Assembly: GCA_001179505.1 (NCBI GenBank)
Contig: CDMY01000579.1
Location: 1 to 48,053 of the forward strand
Length of the DNA: 48,053 nucleotides
Direction of reading: 5' to 3'
DNA from: Vitrella brassicaformis CCMP3155
Taxonomy: Eukaryota; Protista; Chromerida
Shown here in pieces: positions 11,501 to 25,139 of this stretch (within the stretch, counting starts at the first letter, position 1; each line of letters begins with the position of its first letter). The translations under genes and the position numbers were made by a program. Below the pieces are notes generated by a model, which made no database searches, had not been told where the DNA came from, and was given only the letters and a program-made list of their open reading frames with translations.

Positions 11501-14500
11501 GCGGCGGGGCATCAGCAGGTCGGACAGGCCGCACGCACGCACACAAAGAATGCCACACAGTACACACATGCCCACTGGCGTCCATACGTGTCTCTTTGTT
11601 TCTATGTCGGGCAGGTCCGACTATGACCGACTGACGCAGTGCAACACCCAGGCCATCCGGCAGCGGCTCGCGGAGCTGCAGGAGGCCATCAACAACCCAC
11701 AGCCGACCGAGGGAGCAGCAGCAGCAGCAGCAGCATCGGGTGCGGCGATGGACATAGACGATCCCCCTGTGGATGGGGAGCAAGGCACGGATGGTTCAGG
11801 AGGGGCAGGCCCTGCTGCCGCGGCGGCCGCGGCTGCAGCAGCAGGGGTGGACGGTGGCGAGGGCAGTAGCAGTAGTGGTAATGGTGGCGGTGGTGACGGT
11901 GAGAAGGAGCTGACCGCAGAGGAGGAGGAGGCGTCGAAGCTGCAGGACATTGAGACGATACTCACCAGCGACGACAAGGAGAAGGCCAGCGCATACTGGA
12001 CGGTCAGGCAAATGCATCGACAGACAGACAGACAGACAGACGTACAGATGGCAGGAAGCCACCCACTGCATACGCATGCACATGTGTGTGCTGTTTGCCG
12101 CAGGGGTGCAAGCGCCTCATTCTGCCCGACGGCACCTACCTCCCATCACTGGTGCGGTTCAACACATACATATACAGAGAGGGAATGAAGGAGCCGTACG
12201 TGTGGGTGTACGGGCGCTGTCTGTTGTCCTTCAGTACGATTGGCGGAGTCAGGGGCTGCTGGATCCCTCCTCGGCGACCGACGGAGAGGATGATCGTGTC
12301 AGCGCCCGACACAAGCGGTTGTTCCCACACCAGTTGGAAGGCATCCAATTGATTCTCTACAACGCATCGTCGGTAAGCCAAGGACACACAGGCTGATGCG
12401 ATGCATTCATTCATTCAAAGGAGGGAGGAAATCATGTCCGTCCGTCTGTATGCGTGGATGTTGTGTGCAGGGGCGGGGCACCATCCTTGGAGACGAGATG
12501 GTCGACACAGGACCGCCTCCTTCTGTGTCCTTATGCGTCTATGTGTGTGTCAGGGTCTCGGCAAGACAGCCCAGAGCATCGTTGCGTTGGAGCAGATTCT
12601 GCATGCGGCACGCCAGCCGCCCTCCCGCGGCCGTGGCAACGCTGCAGCCGCCCGCAAGCTGCGCGCCGCCCACGCCCTGGTGGTGGTGCCGCTGGCCACG
12701 CTCGAGAACTGGCGTCGCGAGTTCGATATGTGGGCCCCGCACCTCATGGTCCTTTCACTCAGGGGTACGTGAGTCGATATTCAGTGTCAAGGGCAGGTGT
12801 GGGTGCATGTGGCTTCGTGTGTGTGTGTGCCAGATAACAGAGAGGATCGCAGGGTGCTGCACGAGGTGGCGATGCAGTGGGTGGAGCCCAACACCGGGGA
12901 GGCGATCGACGTGAGCCAGCGGGAGGAGAAAGGCGGCAAGGTCATGAAGCCTGACGTCATTCTGACCACATATGAGACACTTGCCATGAAGGACGTCAAG
13001 CCCTACCTCCGCCACCCGCTCTACGCTGAGACGCAGATCCCCTTCGCCATCACCGTGCTCGACGAAGTGCAAAAAGTCAAGGTCGGCACACAAACAAGAG
13101 AGGAACAGTGCGCATGAGAACATGTGTGTGGATGTCGTGTCGTCTTGTCTTGCAGCAAGGGCGGGGCTCACAGCGATTTGATGTTATGTACGGCAACATC
13201 GAGACGGACCTCACCCTCTGCCTCACAGGCACGCCGACACACATACACACACACCCATGCACATCACTTACCTGACCATGCTGTTCTGCATGCCATCCTG
13301 CAGGCACCCCGATCCAGAATGAGGTCAAGGAGGTGTATCCGCTGCTGGCCCTCTGCGACCCTTCCCGCTTCATATACGGCAAGGCCTCACACGAGCCATT
13401 CGGGTCACACATGAAAGACGACACATCCCAACCGCCACCAGCATCAGCAGCAGCAGCAGCATCAGGCGAGGGTGACAGCCAGGCGGACAACGAGACGCCA
13501 GCTGAGGAGACCCAGACACAGCAGAGGGAGTCTGCCGGTGGCGATGAGGGCGAGGGTGATGGTGGTGGAGGTGCAGGTGGTGGTGGTGGGAAGTGGCCCG
13601 AGTGGCTGTCGGGCGAGACCCCCAAGGAGCGGCAGGAGCGACTGCGGCAGGCCGAACAGCAGGACGCTGTCGTGCAGCAGATGATCGATTCCAACGCTCG
13701 ATGGTAAGCGCCGACAAACAGACACCACACCGCACATGGGCATTGATTGCATCGGTACATGTGAAATGGCCCCATCCGATGATCCATTTCAGGACACATG
13801 ATGAGTTTGAGGCGCACTTCGGCGGCAGGAGGGAGGAGTCTGCCGCCAAGCAGCTGTCGCTATACCCGTAAGCAAACCTCCGTCCAAGCCACGTCCCTTC
13901 GTGTGCATCTGTCTCTCTCCGTATGTGTGTGTGTGATGTGTCGATCAGGCACCGGAGCAAGCAGATCATGCAGATCCTGCAGCCATACCTACTCAGGCGG
14001 TACGCACACACACAGCACGCGTGACAAATGTCGATCCGTCTTCTTTGATTCGTGGAATGCAATGCGATTGGGTGTGGCCATTATCACTCAAAAAAGTGAG
14101 AAGGGCGATGTGCTCAAGAAGCTCAAACCCAAGCAGGTGAGTGACCGAGCTGCTTCGTTTGCATTCGTGTGTCCGGTCATTCTGTGCTGTGTTTTGTCTA
14201 GGTGAAGTTCGTCCAGCTGGAGCCCACCCCTCTGCAGACCAAGATCGAGGGCGCCATCTTCCTTGGGTGGGCAAATACATATCTTAAGAGAGAGAAGAAT
14301 CCAGGGGGGGAAGGAACACACTCACTCACTCACGAGAGTGTATGTGTGTGGATGCAATGGATGGATGGATGGATGCAGTCACGGTCCCTTCAAGGACAAG
14401 TCGATGAGGAGGATGTTCCTGCTGCGTTACAACTGCAACCACCCACTGCTGCTCACTGACCAGAACCCACGGAAACAGGTATCAATGGATCGATGCTCAC

Positions 14501-17500
14501 TTCCCTCCCGCCCCGCACCGCCCTCACACGTACTCTCATCCGTCGGATGTTCGTGCACCCTCCGTCCTTGCCGGCCTGCATCGATTCATCAGGGCAAGCG
14601 TGAGATCAAGGAGAAGTGGCTGTATGAGTCCCATGAGGACTGCAAGCGCCGGCCCGGCGAGAAGTACGAGGACCACAGGTGGGTACCCTACGCCCAGCAT
14701 CCATGAAGGAACTTGCCGCTCCTTGGTGTGTGTATGTGTGTGTACTGACTGCATTTGTATGTGGTATGTCTTGACAACGCAGGCTCCGGCTGTTAGACAC
14801 GTGTAGCACCAAGTTTGTCTTCCTGGCCAAGCTGTTCCCGAAGCTCATAGCCGAGAACCGCAAGATCCTGGTCTTCACAGAGTTCCTCAACGTAGGTATC
14901 CCATCCCATCCCATACACACGTGGATGGATGGATGCACCACCGAAGGGAGAATGGGTGTGTACTCTTGATGTGTGTATCCATCAGACGTGTGATCTGTTG
15001 GAGGAGTGGTTCCTCCGGCACGAGTGGCCGTACGAGCGGCTCGACGGCTCTGTCACAGACGACAGACAACTCAGGATCGACCGGTACTTATCCCCCTCAC
15101 ACATACACACATATACACACACATGCGTACCTACGTGCCCCTCTGCTCTGTGTGCGCGCCAGGTTCAACGTGTTCCACGGGTTTTGCATCTTCCTATCGA
15201 CGACGAGGGCGGGGGGGCAGGGCATCAACCTGACCTCAGCCACGTGTGTGGTGCACTTCGACCCCCAGTTCAACCCGCAGCAGGACATGCAGGCACAGGC
15301 ACGCTGCCACCGTATCGGGCAGAAGAACACCGTGGAGGTCTTCACACTGTGCATGAAGGGCGGCGCTAACATGGTAATAAGGTGGCCGGCCACACGCACA
15401 CACACGGGGACATGGCGAGAAGCTGACAGAATGATGTGTGTGGTTGGTTTGTCTGTGTGTGCCATGTCATGTCAGCCTTCGTTTGAGGAGCGGATTATCT
15501 ACAAGATGCAGAGCCGCAAGTTGGGTTTGGAGAAGGTCATCATGGAGGGCGACGAAGCAGGCTTCACGGCACAGGAGCAGCAGAAGCTCCTCGACGAGGG
15601 CCTCTACGCCCTCATGCACGAGAAGAAACAGGAGCAGGAGGCACAGGAAGAGCGGCTCAAACAGTTTCACCAGGTGGGGTGGGTACCCGGGGTCGATAGC
15701 CAGACACACCTCAACGGGCGGGCGGCTGGGATGTATCCATTCCATGTGCCTACGTCTTTCTCTGTGTCTCTGTGTGTGTGCGTGTGTGTCTGTGCTGCAG
15801 GCTAGCATCGAGGACATCATTGTCAACAGCTCCAAGACCATCACACTCAGGGAGAAGAAGACGGGCGGACAGACATACTTCAGCACGGTACGCTACCATT
15901 TCCCACAGGCCACTGATTCATTCATGTGTGTGTGTGTCTTTGTGTGTGTGTCTGTCTGTGTGTCAGGCCCACTTCATGCCCAACCCTGCTGGTGGCGATC
16001 GAGGTGTCCGTGAGAACATGCCGGATGAGGTGAGGGACCTGCTGCTCAGGCGGGGCGGCGCCAAGAAGGACCAGGCCTGGAAGAACCGGGCAGCTCAGGT
16101 CCTCGGCCTGCGACCCGAGGAGGCACCCAAGTCACTGAAAAGGTACACATGCCATCCAGAAGACAGGAGGGCTCCTAGAGTACTGTGTATTTGGCTGTGT
16201 GCAGGCAGGACCGCCGCGCTCGTTTGGCCAAGTCCCGTTTGGAGCGCGAGGAGGCGGAGAGGGTGCGGCTGTCGGGTGGGAGTCGGCCGTCCAAGCCGAT
16301 GACCGACGATGAACAGGAAGACAAGAGCGATGATGATGATAACTATGTAAGCATCCACCTGTCTGGGAAAGGGGCGGTGTCCATCCTGACGTTTCGTGTG
16401 TGGATGTTTGTGTGTGTGTGTGTGTGTGCAGAGGGAGGATGAGACGGACGAGGATGACGACGACGATGATGAGGACAGTGAGGGCGAGGGCAAGCTCAGG
16501 CCGCGCAAGAAGAGAGCCAAGATGGCCGCTGCCGCTGCGGCCTCCGTTGCTGGGGCTGGTGGGGCCGCGGTCGACCTGACAGGCGACCTCGATCGCCAGA
16601 CCATCATCCGAGTCCTCTGCAGATTCCTCAAGTATGCGTGTACAGACCTGCACAACACATTGGACTCAAATGACCGCTGTATTTGCGCAGCTTTGTCAAG
16701 CTAGTGCTGCCATCGGAGCCAGGCCTGCAAGCCAAGCAGGAGGACACCGAGGTATCCACTGCATCCCTCACAGCCAGCAAGCCAACAGCACCAGCGGGGG
16801 AAGAACGGAAAGTAGGATTGTCGTATGTGTGTGTGCGTGTGTGTGTGTGACAGGGTGGCCGTCTGCGGCTGTGTGGGTTTCCTGACAGCAGTGACATCTG
16901 CAACCTGGGGGCCAACAAAGAGGACCAGCTGGAGGCCCTCGTCATCCAGTGCAGCCGCGACGCCGACCAGCAATTCCACGCCGAGATGCAGACCCCTCTG
17001 GGGCAGCACACACAGGGCCGCAGCCTGTTCGTGCAACTCATCCGCAATGCATTCCCAGGTACCCACAAAGACCACACAGGTGCCCGCCTCTGCCTGCGGA
17101 ACTGTCGGACATTTGTGCTGACGTATGTGCGTCCGTGTAGGGTGTCTCCGGTTCACGCTGCCTGATGACGGCGAGCCGGTGGCTCCGCGGTATGCTGGCG
17201 GTGCTAGCGTGATGGAGAAGCTGGCGGTGCTGCTGTCGGAGGTGGCCGACCCCGATGACGAGAGGAAGCGTACACCGAACCAGCTGCGGCTCCTCACTGT
17301 TGACCCACTCGCCCTCAAGTAGGGCGGGACACACAGACGGACGCAGATCAGATGGATCAACACTTGGGCCTGGGCATACCTGTCTGTCTGTCTGTCTGTC
17401 CGTCTGTGTGTCAGCCGTCCGTTTGGTGGTCGTCGCACGGACACGCTGCAGATGTTGTTGGTCAAGTTTCTGGTGTACCACTGGAACCTACACCGTAGAC

Positions 17501-18696
17501 GCTCAGCGGTACGTATGAGTGGCAGCGCAGCATACCTGAATAGCGGAGAGGTGGTTAGCACAGCACAGCACGCCTCTCCTCTCCTGTGTGTGTTGTGCGG
17601 TGCGGTGTTTGCCACCCAGACGTCTGATGTGCGTTGGGAGTCTTGTATGGAGGACCAGAGTGCCGCATGGGGCAAGATACTCAAGGTGAGACAGACGCTT
17701 GGCTTGATATGGCTGGGCGTGGCGTGGATTGGGCTGTCGACTCGACACCCACACTTGAATGGCATGGCCGTGTGTGTGTGTGTGTGGTATGGATGCGTGC
17801 ACTGCAGGTGGTCAAGGAGTTCTATCGGATGACGAGATACGGCAGGATCATGTCCAAAGCACAGGACATCAAAGCCCTGTACACACACACACGCACACAC
17901 ACATAGACAAGCCCAGCAACACAACCAATGGCCTGCCACGCGCATTTCTTGAGACCTCTCATTTCCAGGTACTTCAACTGGGTGGACTGGCGTTTCGATC
18001 ACAGTAGCGACTTCAGCTTGGCGGAACTCAGCACGATCAAGCGCGTCCTTCCTGACAAGGTACGTGCACACCGACCACCCCTCTCTACACCGTCTCCTAT
18101 ATGTCATGTGTGCGTGGATGTTGCAGGACTACCTCCGCGATTGTCGCAGTGAGCAGGTGCACAAGGTGGCCAAGGACATCATCCACCACTTCCCCGGCCG
18201 CACACTGCGGCATGTGGCTGACCAGCTGGGCACCCTGCGAAGCCAGCTCAGGCGCGAACAGATCAACCGAGAACTCGAAGCTGGGCGACCCCCCGACGAC
18301 CACCGACAGCCACAGGTGGGTGGGGCGGGTGATATGGATACACACAGCACACGAAAGGGCATACAAAGATACACCTGCCCAACCAACCCGCACGTCATGT
18401 GTGTGGGTGTCGGCCGACAGGCGTATGATCGAGAGGCCGAGCGGGAGGCCGAGCGGCTGCGGTGTCTTGCGCAACTCAAACAGCAGGCCGGACAACACCA
18501 GCTGCCCAAACTAGCACCACCAGCACCACCACCAGCACCACCACCAGCAGCTGCTGCTGCTGCTGCTGCTGCTGTTTCTGGTGGTGTGGCGCCTTCGATA
18601 GTGGCAGGTGGGCCTGCGGGTCGGTCTGATGGCCGCGCCGCACACTTGTGCAGGAAGCTGCAGACCAAAATAGAGCAGTTCCTCAAGAAGGTCTAG
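8554..18696 (+). CDS. CHD-type chromodomain SNF2 chromatin-remodelling ATPase, roughly 40+ introns
   Basis: Chromodomain-like segments (YRWEVQWV; EYFVK|[11 protein letters not shown]). SNF2 motifs: [12 protein letters not shown]|[32 protein letters not shown]|[54 protein letters not shown]. Long helical (SANT/SLIDE-like) C-terminus ends KIEQFLKKV*. Confidence 0.92.
10417..10472 (+). repeat. 28-bp tandem duplication in a CHD intron
   Basis: CACGCACACGGAAACAACACCCACTGAT occurs twice in tandem. Confidence 0.95.
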
Positions 18697-18963
18697 TTCC
18701 GCGCACAGTGGCGGGTTGGATTTAGCTGCACTGCATAGGGGACACTTCTCTATGCACGGTTGATGAAACGGATGAAAGGTTGTCACGTACCCGCCGAAAC
18801 CGATGGCACACACGACGAATGGATGAATTGCTTTGCTTTCTGCGCTCTCCACAGCAGTGGCACGTCATTGGCTACCCTCTGACGGTCTCAGAATCCATAG
18901 TATGCCCCGTTTCCCCTCGGTCACTTGCGAGCTTCAGATCGGTGCGATCAGCGGCAAGTCGTG

Positions 18964-19328
18964 ATGACGCCCAGCCTTCTGGGAAGTGCTGCAAATCGCT
19001 TTTCTGTGAAGATCTTGCCGTCATCGCCTTCGTCTTGCTTCTCCCCCGCCCATCGCCGCAGCTTCGCCCAGCTGCGCAATACCAAGGCTCTCATTCAGTA
19101 TGCGAACCGCATCCCCAAGGCAGAGCTGCATGTGCACGTCGAGGGCACACTCTATCCGTCGCTGCTGCACCGGTTCGCGAACCGCAATGGCATCCCAACA
19201 TCGGCGCTCCAGCACAAGGACCCTCAGACAGAGTACGAGTTTGAGGGCTACTCGGGCTTCATCGACCTCTACTCGAGCAACTGCCAAGTGCTCGTCAACG
19301 AACCCGACTTCTATGAACTGACGGTACA

Positions 19329-19361
<33 letters not shown>

Positions 19362-20701
19362 GGAACGGTTGGTCTGAATCCCATTATGTTGTGTGGTGTG
19401 GTGTGGTGTCTGCACGATGACAGCGGGATTACTTCGTCCGTGCGAGGCAGCAGGGGATCCGCCACGCAGAGGTCTTCTGCGACCCGCAGCTGCACACCAG
19501 GAGAGGAGTGCCCATCAGCACCATCATCAACGGTACGTACACACCACACAGACAACGAATGCGGCCCAAAACCCGTCTATCTATCTACCCACGCCCACAT
19601 GTCTGCATGTCATGTCTGCATGTCTGGTTGGCTGACGCTGCCTGCAGGCATATGCAATGCGATGGACACGGCTGAGACCGAGATGGGCGTGAGTGGCAAA
19701 CTCATCCTGTGCTACTTTGAGGATGGTGGGCCGCACGGCCACCGGAGGAAGGGCGAGATGGACCCGATTGAGGAGCTGCGCAGCGTCCAGGAGGACCCCA
19801 ACATCAAGAAGGACCGGCTGGCGGGAATCGGTGGCTACTCTTACGACCCAAATGCCCCTTACAAACAACTCAAGCCTGGTCAGTCGACGTCAAGTGACGC
19901 CAGAGGAAACGACGCGCAGCGTGTATTCCCTCACTGATTGATCCATCCCTCCTTTGTGTGTGTCTTCAGTGTACGAGTACGCTCGGTCTGTGGGCCTCAA
20001 AACGGTCGTACACGCCGGTACCCACACACTCACGCGCTGCGCAGACGTATCCCCTGTGATGTGTGCTGCGCATGCAGGTGAGTATGGCCCTGCCAGTAGT
20101 GTGCGGGAGGCGATCAAGACCCTGCGAGTGGATAGAGTGGATCACGGCGTCCGGTCAGCAGAAGACCTGACCGTGCTCCGCCTCGTCGAGCGCACCAAGA
20201 CTCCACTCACCGTGTACGTAGGCTGCCTGCCTGCCACCACAGAAAGGAAAGGACAGACCGCCCTCTGCCACCCTCCTTCATTTCATTCGTCCATATATCG
20301 ATCCATCCACCGTGCAGGTGCCCGTTGAGCAATGTACGTCTGGGTTTCTACGAGAGTCTCCAGAAGCACCCGCTGCGGATGCTCATGCAGGGGGGTTGTT
20401 TGCTGACTCTCAACTCTGACGACCCCGCCTACATCGGTGCGTCCCTGAGCGACAATTTCCGGTCCTGCATCGAGCAGCTGCACCTGTCGCGGGGCGAGAT
20501 CAAGACTTTGGCTATCAACTCTGTGGATGTCAGCTTCGCATCAGATGCTAGAAAGGAGGCAATCAGGTGCGTGAATGGGTGGGTGAAAGGGCCGCGCGTG
20601 GCCTGCCTGGCAAAAGGCGATGGGTCGTCTGTGCTGTGTCTCTGTCGGTGTGCAGGCAGGAGATCGAGAAGTACGATTCCTCGTTCAACATGAATTTGTA
20701 G
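18964..20701 (+). CDS. Adenosine/adenine deaminase family amidohydrolase (Aah1/type-II adenine deaminase-like)
   Basis: [28 protein letters not shown]|GEYG, RVDHGVR, TV|[14 protein letters not shown]. The HxHxEG form matches Aah1-type enzymes rather than HxHLDG adenosine deaminases. Stop TAG at 20699-20701; start codon inferred. Confidence 0.9.
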
Positions 20702-21229
20702 CGCCGATCGGCGGCGACCAGACAGAAATGACTGCACTCGTAGGACGGAGCGAGATGTGCACCCATGTGTAGGTAGCCAGCCGGTGTGTCCAGGCATTTT
20801 TCGGCCGCTGGCTCTTCCGTGTGTGTATGTGTGAATGTAGGTGTGTGTGTTTGTACAGTCGGTCGTCGTTTCTGTGTACCATATGTATACGTCCATATGT
20901 CGTCCGTGCGTAGCATAGCATCGCATCGCCTCATGGAAGGGGAGCGATCTCTCTGATTTCTGATGTCTTGTGTCAGTTAAGCCATGTGGGGCAAGTTGTA
21001 TGACGGTTAAGGAAGGACGTGTCTGTCGTTGGCGTGGGAGGGACACTGCATAGGATGTTTGTGTGTTAAAGCACCCATGGTGTCAATCAAGTACCCCCAC
21101 TGCCAAGTTGAGCGTGCCACTCAACGGGTCTGTCACACTAACCACCGAGCCACATAGAATGGAAAGTGCAAACATAACTGGCCGATATAAAATGTAGGCA
21201 GCAATAGAGGGAAGGCTCTCGCCGACCCT

Positions 21230-23002
21230 ATCCTCCATCTGCATCAATTGCTCGTCCACGGTGACGAGGCCCTGCGGCAGCCGCTCCATGCGCTCCTCAG
21301 GCATGGGCCTCACGCAGTCCACCACCAGCTCACGCATCATAACTCCCACCTCTCTCCCCCACTCCATGCACGTTTCTCTCCGCTGGAACAGCGAAGGGGG
21401 CTTCAGTGCTGCCGACGCGCTCGACTGAGCGGGAGGCGGGATGACGTCCTGGAGCCGATCGGCCCAGCTTAGGCTGTTCTCGATGGCCATTCGGACTGAA
21501 AGAGAAGACACCACACCACACAAGACAAGCCCAGACCACACACAACATGACAGCAGCCGACACATACACATGACATTCATCCCCCACGTGTGTTTGTGAG
21601 TATTGGTCTTACCATATTCTTCACCCTCAGATGCGAACGAATGTGCTGCGTGGAGATTCTTGATGAGTCCGCCGATATAAAATGTAGACAGCAATTGGCC
21701 GACAAACGGCCTCGATCCCTCTCCTGCAAATGACGCAGCCGCTCTCCCAACCGTCGACAGACACGAACTCGACTACCACACTTTTTAACCACATGTACTT
21801 GGTGGTCAGTGGATGGTCATCGGCTCATTCTCTAGTGGCGCGCAGAGGGTATCCTGTAGCCCGTGTAGCTTCTGGTGCATGACGGTGCACTTGTCTGCCC
21901 CCAAGGCCTCGTACGCCTTGCGCGCCAGTCGCCAGAGCACGGCGAGCACCCCCATTGCGCCCACCTGCACCGCCGACAAACGTGAAAGAGCGGCAGGGGA
22001 GGCGGCGGTGTGGTGTCGTGTTGGTATTGGCGCTGGTGGTGATGCTGATGTGCCTGCTGACCTTGAGCCGGTTTGCTTTGCCAATGATGACATTTTTGTC
22101 GAGGATGAACGGAACGAACTTCTCTGCCAGGTCGTCCCACATCTGCGAGTCCAACACCAGCTCATCCGACACACTACCATCTTGAACACACACATATCGC
22201 TGTCGACCTCCTGCGTGAAGAACAGCAGAGAGACATGAGGAAGGCCATGAGCAATGAGACGTCATAATGCCATAAGTGTGTTCCTCTCCCATACGCATAC
22301 CTGCACTCTGCCGGCCTTCAGCTGCTACTGTAACTGTGGTAAATGGTCCTCATAAGCCGAACAAATATAAAATGTAGGCACCGATGATGTCGACCTCCTG
22401 ACTTGCCTCCAGCTCGTCGACCTTGGCCTCATCAGTGAGGCCGCACATGGTGTCCCAGCCGTCCCGGGTCACCATGGCTGCCCCGCTCGCCTGCTCCGCC
22501 CTCCTCTTGGCCCGCTGGTCTGCCCATGTCTTGGTCAGCATGACGGAGAACTCGGGCGCGTGGTGGTGGGGGGTGATAGTCCAGACGTTCTCGTCCTCCT
22601 GCTGGTCCTCCTTGTCCACGCAGACCAAGATGGGCAGCCTGCCGATGGTGGCGGGCGCTGGGTGGGTGGTCGGCTTGGCGGTGAGGGTGTGGCCTAGGTC
22701 AATCATCCGCAGCTGCTCGCATGCGATGCTGCTGGCCTCGTTGGTGATGGTGGGGGCCGGCTGACGTTGCTGCAGCTCCTGCAGATCAGCCGTCGCGGGC
22801 GGCTCACGAAGAATGCCCGTCAAATGGTCGACGACAGCCGGGATGCGGTGCAGGATGGGTACCAGGGCGTTGGTGGACACGTTGTCCACGGCCAGCATGC
22901 CCAGGAGGAGGTGGCGCAGAGACAAGGGGGCACTCGGGGGATAGTCGGACTGCGCTTTCTTACGCATACCTGCCCTCTGGCGGCCTCCAGCTGCTCACTG
23001 CG
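21230..23002. repeat. Copy 1 of a ~1.75 kb direct repeat (copy 2 at ~25140-26745)
   Basis: 21230-21793 matches ~25140-25710 with scattered substitutions. 22268-23002 appears identical by eye to 26011-26745. Confidence 0.85.
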
Positions 23003-23302
23003 NNNNNNNNNNNNNNNNNNNNNNNNNNNNNNNNNNNNNNNNNNNNNNNNNNNNNNNNNNNNNNNNNNNNNNNNNNNNNNNNNNNNNNNNNNNNNNNNNN
23101 NNNNNNNNNNNNNNNNNNNNNNNNNNNNNNNNNNNNNNNNNNNNNNNNNNNNNNNNNNNNNNNNNNNNNNNNNNNNNNNNNNNNNNNNNNNNNNNNNNNN
23201 NNNNNNNNNNNNNNNNNNNNNNNNNNNNNNNNNNNNNNNNNNNNNNNNNNNNNNNNNNNNNNNNNNNNNNNNNNNNNNNNNNNNNNNNNNNNNNNNNNNN
23301 NN
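23003..23302. other. Assembly gap (300 N)
   Basis: Exactly 300 N. Confidence 1.
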
Positions 23303-24830
23303 GCGCTCCATGTACTCCTGGAGTACCTCCCCCACAAGCACAGAAAGGCCCTCCAGCCCCAGGGCAAAGAGGTTGGCCGCCTCACTCACCCACATCTTGG
23401 CCTGGCCCCCCTCCTCAACGTACAGGCCCCTCGTCTTCATGTCGCCCAGCATGTCCCTCGTCTTGCCCTCCAGCTCGTCGACCTTGGCCTCATCAGTGAG
23501 GCCGCACATGGTGTCCCAGCCGTCCCGGGTCACCATGGCTGCCCCGCTCGCCTGCTCCGCCCTCCTCTTGGCCCGCTGGTCTGCCCATGTCTTGGTCAGC
23601 ATGACGGAGAACTCGGGCGCGTACACGGCATACGTACAGCTGTTGGTTTTGATGTCGCAGTCCGCTGGCTCTGAAAGAGAAGACACCACACCACACAAGA
23701 CAAGCCCAGACCACACACAACATGACAGCAGCCGACACATACACATGACGTTCATCCCCCACGTGTGTTTGTGAGTATTGGTCTTACCATGTTCTTCACC
23801 CTCAGATGCGAACGAATGTGGTGCGTGGAAATTCTTGATGAGTCCGCCGATATAAAATGTAGACAGCAATTGGCCGACAAACGGCCTCGATCCCTCTCCT
23901 GCAAATGACGCAGCAGCTCCTCCAGCTTGCCCCCAGCCGATCACACGGACGAGACATGGCATCCCCGTTTGTGTGTGTGTGGGCATGTGTGTGTGTGATG
24001 GACATACTTGTAGTATGACTGCACGGGCTCTTTCCACTCGTCCTGAACAGCCTTCTCCACCTGCGACACACCAACCAACCACACCGCCACACAACGACGA
24101 GTGAGCCCATCGCAGAATGGCCGCATTATGAAGCTGCACCATGCCCCGCAGCGCCCGCACCCGTGGATGAGGGCGACCTCCTTGAGCAGGGCCTGGATGT
24201 TTGGGGCGATGCAGGTCGGCGCGCCTGCTGACGGCCTTGGTGATGGCGGCGCATTTGGCAGCGATGTCCTTGAAGTCGCCATACTTAGCTGAGTGAATAA
24301 TGCAAAACACACAGACGGCACGGTCAGGAATGCGAGTGTGCAGTGTGTGAGTGGCCTCGTCTTACTCATATCCAGCTTGGGCATCCGAATGGCGAACACC
24401 CTCTGCATGGCCGCGACCTCCTGCTGTGCGATGGGGACGTTGTTGGCCGGCGGCGACTTGAACATGGCGGTGGCGCCGTCGACGTCCGTGTGTGCGGCGA
24501 GAACGGGCAGGAAGGGCCTGTGGCCCTCGGGGATGCCGAGCTCCTCACACTTGGCCGTCCCCGCCTCCATCACGCGCCGCTTCTGGCAAAGCGCCAGCCA
24601 CTTGAACTCCTCCACCTCCGACAGGCACGTGTGCTCTTTGATGGGCATTGTCTTCCAGATGCTGTCGAGGGCGTCCGTGGTGGTGAGGATGCTGGCGTTG
24701 TTGCCGCCACCGTGCTGGGTGATGAACCCGGACGGCGGGCTGGGCAGTGCGGCGCCGAGCACGGGCGTCTGGTCCTCCTCGTTGACGCGCACCTCCTGAT
24801 TCTCACGCAAACAACAAGGGGCAGCCGGGG
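23303..24830 (-). pseudogene. Frameshifted paralogue of the array family
   Basis: The exon KYGDFKDIAAKCAAITKAVS... must change frame to reach IQALLKEVAL, the equivalent of QVQGMLKEVAL in the 26746-27480 copy. Confidence 0.55.
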
Positions 24831-25139
24831 CGGGTGGGGTTCGACAACTGTTGATGAATGGGCTGCTGGGTGGTCGCAAACAGCCTTACGAGGGCCAATA
24901 ACGTTTCTGACAGAGACAGATACAACATGTGGCAGGAACGCATAACGATGTTTTTTGTGTTTTACATCGAAACTTTCCACGAGCCATTCTTGCTGACAGA
25001 CTGCCTGAAGGACAGTAGAGAGACCTAAAACGGACAGGAGCAAATGTGAGACATGAAAGTGACTAATCTTTCCTGCTTGTCTCCATGTCTGCCTACTTGT
25101 TGGCCGATTGCTGGTCTAGTGGACCCAGTGGGCATCGAG

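Noticed and set aside
18528-18575. (CAC/CAG)n and (GCT)n triplet runs as unstable expansions
   Set aside because: They encode ordinary Pro/Ala low-complexity linker at the CHD C-terminus.
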